Shown one piece after another: positions 55,195 through 64,000 of a stretch of 64,000 nucleotides of DNA (its first letter is position 1; every line of letters starts with the position of its first letter). The stretch covers positions 24,270,747-24,334,746 of the forward strand of contig NC_068997.1 of the NCBI RefSeq assembly GCF_001194135.2. Direction: 5' to 3'. The position numbers were made by a program, and so were the translations under genes. The notes under the pieces were generated by a model. The model saw nothing but the letters and a program-made list of their open reading frames with translations, ran no database searches and was not told the origin of the DNA. The DNA is from Octopus bimaculoides. Lineage: Eukaryota.

Positions 55195-56255
55195 TTACAT
55201 ACCTTCGTGGAGACATTACTCTTGACAGTAGCTGCAGATTTGCCTGATTCAAGAGACCAATTGTATTAATTTTAGGGCTATCTTACCAGGTTGCCTCATA
55301 TCAAGACATTCCTCTGACTTTGCATCTATCCGGCAACCGCAGGCTACAAAAACAAAAAAAATTTTAATGATACAAAGTTTATCAGTACTTCCCTTGTTAA
55401 AGCAATGAACTTGTAGATTTTTCTTTTTTGTTTTTTTGTCTCCTTAGACAGCCGAATCACAGAAAAGAGTTTCCACGAAATCATCCTGCAAGAACTCAAA
55501 TACTTCCTCTTGGCATTGTACTAGCATTTCGTATAAACCTACGAGAAATGGTTAAGTTATCCAAGAGGATAGCTCTCATGCTTTCACATCATAAAATCTG
55601 TCAGTGAAACTCATTCAGCAATATTTTCAACAGATCAAAGGTGATCTTTGCTGTGTCAATTAACTCACACTTTTTCTGTCAAGGAAACCGGCTAAAATTT
55701 CTTGCCGATATGATGTAGTGGTGCAAGTCCCGTAATGTGGCAAATACAAATACCTTTGTTATGGTATCAATGAGTGTCCTATTTGCTCCTCGGAGCTGCT
55801 TAGTTAAAGAACAAAGCTTCTCTAATTTGTCAGCCAAGTAACTCACATAAGCTTTGTCGTTTTTTTGTCAACAAGAGATTCATTTTAGGTTTATCCTTCA
55901 AACACTCACTGAATACATCAAACATTTCCATAAATCTTTCGAGTAGTTTCTCTTTGACAACAAACTTACATCAAATCTGGCACTTTTTCCATTTTCCTCT
56001 ACACAAATAGTCTACAAGAGGTATTTTCACTCGCGTTCACTTTGATGAAATTCATGTATTTAATCACAAAATGCTCTATCGCATGCAGTTCACCGCAAAT
56101 TTTGGAAGCATTCTTCTTTAATTTTTTTTCTTTTTTAATAACAGAAACCATTGCCAAAGTTTTTGGATTGTCATCCCTCAACAATTTTAAACATCGTGTC
56201 TTTATACTCATATTGGCAGATGCTCCATCTCCTGTGTATGTTTGTTTGGTGTTTC
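55195..56255 (-). mobile_element. hAT (Charlie/Buster, ZBED5/SCAND3-like) transposase pseudogene, C-terminal two-thirds
   Basis: Frameshifted peptides TGDGASANM..CLKLLRDDNP; FVIKYMNFIKVNA..RLF; LERFMEMFDVFSECLKDKP; KAYVSYLADKLEKLCSLTKQLRGANRTLID; and C-terminal CLDMRQPGKIALKLIQLVS*IRQICSYCQE*CLH (dimerisation-domain end). Confidence 0.8.
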
Positions 56256-56585
56256 CAGCCCTGGATTTCTTCTCCTCTATTGATCAATGCATTAAATTGC
56301 TCAGCGATCAACTTATGACAACTACTAAACGTATTTATCCAAAATTCCTGTACACCATCAGGTCCTGCTGCTTTTAAGTTGTTTATCTTTTTGCTCATAT
56401 TTCTGATCCTGTCTTCTGTGAAGTGGATAGTCTCTTGCTGAGGATAAGAAGCTGCTTGCTTCAGCTGCAGAGCCATTCAGCTGTAGAATTATGATGTCGA
56501 GATATCGTTCACTAGATAACAATGGCACTCTTCTTTTAATTTTGAATCTATATCTTCAGGAGGAGTTACCTCAATCCTTTCTATA
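56255..56585 (-). mobile_element. R4/Dong-clade LINE fragment, pre-RT and RT start
   Basis: QQETIHFTEDRIRNMSKKINNLKAAGPDGVQEFWINTFSSCHKLIAEQFNALINRGEEIQGW. Confidence 0.85.
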
Positions 56586-56615
56586 TTATCCTTATTATTA
56601 TTTTTATTATTATTA

Positions 56616-56679
<64 letters not shown>

Positions 56680-56704
56680 CATTATTATTATTATTACTAT
56701 TATT

Positions 56705-57480
56705 ATTGCTCTGAGCGCTTTCCAACGAGTAAATTTTGTTATAATTTCTGATCTTGTCAAATACTTTTGCTGCAATATTATGATAATAAATGATAATCTT
56801 GCCGATCAATAAAAAAAAAAAAAAACTTAATTATTTTGGTCTTTTGCAAGAATATCCAGCTTATTAGTCTCGATGTTTCTGTGTTTGTACTGGAAAGTCC
56901 AAATCAATCGTCATAACATTCTCTCCCTTAGTTTCAGCCTCATAGTGATGCTTATATTTGATTTTATATTGTCGACCAATTAACCAATGTAGATATTGGC
57001 CAAGTCTGTCATGTCTTGATTTACACAGTACTAGTAATAAAACATCCAGATATTAGGTGATCCATTGTTTCATCAATCTCATCATTGCAGATCCGGCACT
57101 TAAGATCTAATCCGTTTTTCATCACATTAGCGTGGCTGTTCCGGATCAATAAGTTCTGCTGTTGAGCAGTTAAAATGAAACCTTCGGACACAGTTTTTAA
57201 CCCTGAGCTTCGTAGGCCCTGGTGCTACGAGCCACACGTTTGCCCTCCCAGTTTGTAGACAATTATTCATGCTCTTTTCTCTTTGCCAGTAATTTTACCT
57301 CTTTTTGCAACAACGGTTGTTTCATTTCCCTCAGGCTGTTCAACCTGGGCATCATTCACGAAATCAGTAGAGATTTTTCTCTCCTCCAAAATAGAATGAA
57401 GCTTCTTACATCTCTTATGATTTTCAACTAGTTTTTCGCATCCATTCTATAGCTGTTTCAAGATATTTGTCCAAGACATT
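56705..57480 (-). mobile_element. R4/Dong-clade LINE fragment: CCHC zinc knuckle and restriction-like endonuclease region
   Basis: SGLKTVSEGFILTAQQQNL..KCRICNDEIDETMDHLISGC..SRHDRLGQYLHWLIGRQY..DFPVQT..NKLDI..YHNIAAKVFDKIRNY, with frameshifts. Confidence 0.88.
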
Positions 57481-57980
57481 TATTATTATTATTGTTGTTG
57501 TTGCTCTTGTCGTCAATTTTTTTTCTCGTTATTGTCGTCATCATCCTCATTAGCATAATTCCCTCCATCAACACCATCATCGGTAAATCATTGCGTCGAA
57601 ATCAATACCTTCATCGAATGATTAAACATTCAAAGAAAAATCGAATTCGATATGAAAACAGGTTGACCAAATTATTAGTCACGTCATGTCGGAGAGAACA
57701 ACGGTACAAGAAGCGTTTATTTATTTACTTATTTATTCATGCAAACGATGCTTCAAATTTTGGATCCCATATTTTATTTCGTATCAGAATTAATGAAGAA
57801 TAGCACCTGTGAGCACAGGTCCCCAATAGACTCACCATACTGAGATTTACTACATTTTTGGCGACAGGTAATTTGTGAGGTACTGCCTGTGCAATTTGGT
57901 GCCGAATAAATTCTAAACAGAGCATTTAAGCCTCTTTTTTGTTGATGTTTTTATCTTCTTGTCGATGTTTACGACTTTCG

Positions 57981-58030
<50 letters not shown>

Positions 58031-58689
58031 NNNNNNNNNNNNNNNNNNNNNNNNNNNNNNNNNNNNNNNNNNNNNNNNNNNNNNNNNNNNNNNNNNNNNN
58101 NNNNNNNNNNNNNNNNNNNNNNNNNNNNNNNNNNNNNNNNNNNNNNNNNNNNNNNNNNNNNNNNNNNNNNNNNNNNNNNNNNNNNNNNNNNNNNNNNNNN
58201 NNNNNNNNNNNNNNNNNNNNNNNNNNNNNNNNNNNNNNNNNNNNNNNNNNNNNNNNNNNNNNNNNNNNNNNNNNNNNNNNNNNNNNNNNNNNNNNNNNNN
58301 NNNNNNNNNNNNNNNNNNNNNNNNNNNNNNNNNNNNNNNNNNNNNNNNNNNNNNNNNNNNNNNNNNNNNNNNNNNNNNNNNNNNNNNNNNNNNNNNNNNN
58401 NNNNNNNNNNNNNNNNNNNNNNNNNNCACACACACACACACGCATACATACAACATATACAATATAAATTCTTACGATAGGTTCGCGAATAAAATGTGAG
58501 TTATTCTGCCTATGACTGAGGATTTAAACATTCAGACAGACAAGTAACATGATTGGAATTTTAGGCAAAAAAGACACAAACAATAACAACGATGCAGGGT
58601 CAGACAGTCGCAAATCTGTGCTTGAAAAGCTTAGACATATAAAGGAATAAGATCTGAAAAAAAAAGAGGGCCACAATGAGGCTTTATTT

Positions 58690-59030
58690 GCTAAGGGATG
58701 AAAGGAAGGAGACTGACGTTTCGGCTGATAACCTTTATCAAAGAGAACAAAAAGCAAAGGAAAAAGATAAATTGAGAGTTAAGTGAAAGAGAAAATAGGT
58801 ACAGTACCAAAACCGAAGCCGGTTCACATGACAGGTTTCGAACAGACATGGTATATTGTCATAAAAAGAGAGCGAGATAGTATCAAGTCAATTGTTTTAT
58901 GATTGATGTGATTATGAAGGATGAATTCCGTTGAAAGAAGAAAATGTGAAGTTGATATGCAATCTTTAAGAAAAAAGAAAAGCGACTTTGAATCAAGCCA
59001 TTCAGTGATTGCTGTGATCATGAGTGATGA
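58690..59030 (-). mobile_element. Possible Penelope-like retroelement remnant
   Basis: Degenerate ctttgataaagg..gccgaaacgtcag motif (minimal-hammerhead-like) and weak similarity of INHKTID/NIPC to the PLE HYKPTD/SIPYS motifs. Confidence 0.25.
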
Positions 59031-59419
59031 ATAACATTACAGATTCGATGAGCTATCTTGAAATGAAGAACAAGATGAGGAAAGATAGAACCGTTTGAAC
59101 ACACACTTGTTCCATCTTATGATTCGTGTTCGAAACTATCGGTTCTCAACATTTTTTGCACATCAGCCCACTTGTATCTAAGACAATTTTTCCATGGATC
59201 AGGGAATAACGTATTTAACAAAACACGATAAATTTCGAAATACATATTTAATTATAACATATAAAATACATTTACATATATAATACATATATTATTTAAA
59301 GCACTAGGCAGACTGCAGTAGTCGAGTTAATACAAAAGAATTTGTGGCCTGGTAACAAAGGATCCCCGGCCCAGCGGAAGGAGCTTTTCCCCCGAATCTA
59401 GGCACAGGGTCAGAAATGT

Positions 59420-60400
59420 GAAAGCAGTGTCTAGTCGATTACATCTACCCAAACCGGCAATTTACTGTATCGACCCACAAAGGATGAACGACAAACCTGA
59501 ACCAGCAAGATTTGAAAACAGAATATAAATACCAGAATATCTTTCCAACGCTCAAGCAATTCAGTTAATCCACTACTTGTTATTCATATTTAGTATTAGC
59601 TTAAAGACAACATTTATGGAAGAAAACACGGTTCGTCGATGTTATCGGCTCCAATACTTGACAGGCGTTATATATGAACCAACCCGGTAGAACGAAAGAT
59701 TAAGTTAAACCCCCAATGGACTGGAACTCTCTTAGTCTAAATATTATTTCTATTGTGGGCACAAATCATGAAATTTTGAGTGGAAGGGTTTGTCGATTAC
59801 GTCAACTCCATTGCTCAAACGATAAAAGATGACGTCGATGTCGGCAGAATTGAAACTGAGAATGTATTAGTCCTGAAAGAATTGCCTCAAAGCATTTTGT
59901 GCGATGACTAACAACTCTGCCAGCTCTCCGCCAATCTGAGTCTAAATATTATATCGACTCCTGTGCTTGTGGGTACCTATTTTATCGACGTCGAAAAGAG
60001 AATAGTCAAAGTCGACTTCGACGAAATTCATACTTGGAGTGTACATCCGGAAGAAATTTCACTAAGCATTTTGTCCGACGTGCTAAAGTTTCTGCAAAAT
60101 AGCCACCTAAACATTAATTTTAAATTTTGGCTTAAGGCCAGCAATTTCGAGGAAGGGCGTAAGTCGATAACTACGACCTCCAGGGCTCAAATTGTTCGTA
60201 ATTTATCGACGTCTAAAGGATGAAAATCAAAGTCGACTTTGACGGAATTCGAACTCGGAACAATCAGCCAGAAGAAATGTCACTTAGCATTTTGCCCGGT
60301 TTGCTAACGATTCTGCTACGCAGCCACTTTTCTTAGCCTGTACAGTAACAAGAAAACTACTTTATATCCTCAATGAATATCGAACTCAGAGCATTAAGAG
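59420..60400 (-). mobile_element. Cluster of about five co-oriented degenerate SINE family B copies
   Basis: Repeated gtcgatt/atcgac..aaaggatga..aaagtcgac..cggaattcgaactc..cttagcatttt..taacgattctgc blocks at ~59430, 59625, 59770, 59945 and 60150. Confidence 0.75.
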
Positions 60401-60852
60401 CCTTAAGTGAATACAGAAAAACCACATTTAGTTTGTCAATTTCGAACATTCATCTCAACCCGCAACCCTGAACATTTCCATAATCATTAATTACCGTGTC
60501 AAGCAATAGACCGCAAAACTAAGAATCTGTTTATAATTACTATAATTTCAGCCATTTTGTTTTTAATTTCTTTTAGGTTTTCTTTCGTTTAAACATTTTT
60601 TGGAAGGGGTGGGGTATTTATTTAATAAATTCATTGATTGAATTTTACTTTTAAAATTCATTTGCTTTATATATTTTATGAAAAAAAAAAGCAAACAGAA
60701 AAATTAACAATCGTATTATTTTTCATTATTATATTTTTTTTTGTTTGTTTTGGACTTGAAGTTAAATGACAATAATAAAAAAAATAACATCAACAAAAAA
60801 CAACAACGATATTAACGATGATGATGATGATGATGATGATGACGACGACTAT

Positions 60853-60905
<53 letters not shown>

Positions 60906-62199
60906 ACAATAATAATNNNNNNNNNNNNNNNNNNNNNNNNNNNNNNNNNNNNNNNNNNNNNNNNNNNNNNNNNNNNNNNNNNNNNNNNNNNNNNNNNNNN
61001 NNNNNNNNNNNNNNNNNNNNNNNNNNNNNNNNNNNNNNNNNNNNNNNNNNNNNNNNNNNNNNNNNNNNNNNNNNNNNNNNNNNNNNNNNNNNNNNNNNNN
61101 NNNNNNNNNNNNNNNNNNNNNNNNNNNNNNNNNNNNNNNNNNNNNNNNNNNNNNNNNNNNNNNNNNNNNNNNNNNNNNNNNNNNNNNNNNNNNNNNNNNN
61201 NNNNNNNNNNNNNNNNNNNNNNNNNNNNNNNNNNNNNNNNNNNNNNNNNNNNNNNNNNNNNNNNNNNNNNNNNNNNNNNNNNNNNNNNNNNNNNNNNNNN
61301 NNNNNNNNNNNNNNNNNNNNNNNNNNNNNNNNNNNNNNNNNNNNNNNNNNNNNNNNNNNNNNNNNNNNNNNNNNNNNNNNNNNNNNNNNNNNNNNNNNNN
61401 NNNNNNNNNNNNNNNNNNNNNNNNNNNNNNNNNNNNNNNNNNNNNNNNNNNNNNNNNNNNNNNNNNNNNNNNNNNNNNNNNNNNNNNNNNNNNNNNNNNN
61501 NNNNNNNNNNNNNNNNNNNNNNNNNNNNNNNNNNNNNNNNNNNNNNNNNNNNNNNNNNNNNNNNNNNNNNNNNNNNNNNNNNNNNNNNNNNNNNNNNNNN
61601 NNNNNNNNNNNNNNNNNNNNNNNNNNNNNNNNNNNNNNNNNNNNNNNNNNNNNNNNNNNNNNNNNNNNNNNNNNNNNNNNNNNNNNNNNNNNNNNNNNNN
61701 NNNNNNNNNNNNNNNNNNNNNNNNNNNNNNNNNNNNNNNNNNNNNNNNNNNNNNNNNNNNNNNNNNNNNNNNNNNNNNNNNNNNNNNNNNNNNNNNNNNN
61801 NNNNNNNNNNNNNNNNNNACACACACACACACACACACACACATACACACATACGCACTCGGACAAATAATTCAAGAAACGATTGAACTCATGAGACGTA
61901 GTTTTATTTCTTAAAACAAAAGTACAGAAACATAAATTGCTGGATTAAAGTGATCGAAGATTTTAATGAAATCGATACAAAACACACACACGCACACACA
62001 CACATACACACACATACACTATGACTTGTCGTCTCATCGTATTTGACAACATAATTTTAAAGCTGCTACTACTACTATTACTATTATTACTACTACTGCC
62101 GTTACTGTTACTGATACTAATACCACTGCTACGGTGACACCCCTCCTTCCACTTCCACCTCCTCCTCCTCATCCCCTCCTCCTCCTACTACTACTACTA

Positions 62200-62222
62200 C
62201 TACTTTTTTTTCTTCTTCTTCG

Positions 62223-62257
<35 letters not shown>

Positions 62258-63151
62258 TGCTTCTTTTTCTTCTTCATCTTCGTCTTCTTCTTCTCCTTCG
62301 TCTTCTTCTTCTTCTTCTTCTTCTTCTTCTTCTTCTTCTTCTTCTTCTTCTTCTTCTTCGTCGTCTTCTTCTTTTTCTTCTTCTTCTTCTTCTTCTTCTT
62401 CTTCTTCTTCTTCTTCTGCTTCTTTTTCTTCTTCTTCTTCTTCTTCTTCTTCTTCTTCTTCTTCTTCTTCTTCTTCTTCTTCTTCTTCTTCTTCTTCTTC
62501 TTCNNNNNNNNNNNNNNNNNNNNNNNNNNNNNNNNNNNNNNNNNNNNNNNNNNNNNNNNNNNNNNNNNNNNNNNNNNNNNNNNNNNNNNNNNNNNNNNNN
62601 NNNNNNNNNNNNNNNNNNNNNNNNNNNNNNNNNNNNNNNNNNNNNNNNNNNNNNNNNNNNNNNNNNNNNNNNNNNNNNNNNNNNNNNNNNNNNNNNNNNN
62701 NNNNNNNNNNNNNNNNNNNNNNNNNNNNNNNNNNNNNNNNNNNNNNNNNNNNNNNNNNNNNNNNNNNNNNNNNNNNNNNNNNNNNNNNNNNNNNNNNNNN
62801 NNNNNNNNNNNNNNNNNNNNNNNNNNNNNNNNNNNNNNNNNNNNNNNNNNNNNNNNNNNNNNNNNNNNNNNNNNNNNNNNNNNNNNNNNNNNNNNNNNNN
62901 NNNNNNNNNNNNNNNNNNNNNNNNNNNNNNNNNNNNNNNNNNNNNNNNNNNNNNNNNNNNNNNNNNNNNNNNNNNNNNNNNNNNNNNNNNNNNNNNNNNN
63001 NNNNNNNNNNNNNNNNNNNNNNNNNNNNNNNNNNNNNNNNNNNNNNNNNNNNNNNNNNNNNNTTCTTCTTCTTCTTCTTCTTCTTCTTCTTCTTCTTCTT
63101 CTTCTTCTTCTTCTTCTTCTTCTTCTTCTTCTTCTTCTTCTTCTTCTTCTT
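62200..63151. repeat. (TTC)n/(GAA)n tract spanning an N-gap
   Basis: About 300 bp before and about 90 bp after a ~560-N gap. Confidence 0.95.
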
Positions 63152-63369
63152 CCGCTGCTGCTGGTACGTTCTAATGTTTTTTCTTTCTTTTTCAGCACAA
63201 CTTTCGGTTTCTCATCGCTTTTTGCTAATTCCTTCAGTCCCCATGTGAGCTCGATCAGATTTTTGAGAGTCAGATGTGTTTAAAACGGTTCGGCGATCGT
63301 CCGACCACAACCCAGATCACATGACTAAGCCATTTTAAGCGGATCACTTATTCTGTATTTCTCAGACAC

Positions 63370-63481
63370 TTTAAACTATCTATCTATCTATCTATCAATA
63401 TATCTATCTGCGTGGCTAATAAAAGAAAGTTATCTATCTATCTATCTGTCTGTCTATCCTTCTAGCTAGCTAGATAAATAA

Positions 63482-63544
<63 letters not shown>

Positions 63545-63545
63545 T
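63370..63545. repeat. (TATC)n and (GATA)n tetranucleotide repeats in opposite orientations
   Basis: Directly visible. Confidence 0.9.
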
Positions 63546-64000
63546 CTCATTCTCTTACACGTGTTTCACCTCTGCCATTCCGCCATTCTTTCAGTAAGTC
63601 TCTCTCTATACAACTCACTGTGTTCCTTCATTGCACTTTATTCTCTTTCTCTTCCTCTTTTTTTCTTTCTCACTTGCTCTTTCTCCCTCATTTTTCCTTT
63701 CATTCATTCGTTCTTACTCTCTTTCTTTCTTCTTTTCTTTCTTTCCACCTTGCACTTTCTCATTCTCAGTCTTACACATTATTACTCTTATTTTAACTCT
63801 CCATTGAACGACTTCTCTTTTTCTCTCATTTTCTTTTGTTTATTGTAGTCTCTTTTGTTGTTTTCTCTATCATCCTTACTCTCTCTCTCTCTCTCTCTCT
63901 CGCTCGCTCTCTCTCTCTCTCTCTCTCACTCGTTCACTCTTTCTCAGTCATTCCTTCTTCACCTTTTTCTTCTTTTTTCCACCTTTTCTTCTTCTCCTCC

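Noticed and set aside
57836-57912. Minus-strand 77-nt exon candidate (ATG|GTGAGT donor; one frame Cys-rich, CRQKCSKSQY)
   Set aside because: Poor polypyrimidine tract; Cys spacing does not convincingly fit an EGF/laminin repeat, and there are no partner exons.

Overview
AT-rich eukaryotic, most likely non-coding (intergenic or intronic) DNA from a gapped draft assembly: about 23 N-gaps totalling roughly 7.4 kb, nearly all flanked by microsatellites. The extreme (TA)n/(CA)n/(TACA)n/(TAA)n/(GA)n density and the tRNA-derived SINE families suggest an octopus genome; this is an inference from recalled repeat families, not a database result. No recognisable host protein-coding gene, structural RNA gene or CRISPR array was found. 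Almost all ORFs in the supplied track are microsatellite or N-gap artefacts. The identifiable content is decayed transposable elements: three DD34D-type mariners, one DD41D (rosa-type) Tc1/mariner with both TIRs, a hAT (Charlie/Buster-like) fragment, several R4/Dong-clade LINE pieces next to (TAA)n, RTE-like and CR1/L2-like LINE remnants, four SINE families and one unclassified dispersed repeat. The most unusual structures are fold-backs: a continuous ~1.45 kb imperfect palindrome (28.8-30.25 kb), a 61-bp near-perfect hairpin made by an antisense SINE nested in an older copy of its own family (43.15-43.33 kb), a TA-flanked 428-bp MITE candidate with 29-bp TIRs (20.8-21.2 kb) and a tail-to-tail SINE pair (8.9-9.7 kb). 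A 757-bp tandem unit (45.2-46.2 kb) is also unexplained. I do not see evidence for a new multi-gene biological system.
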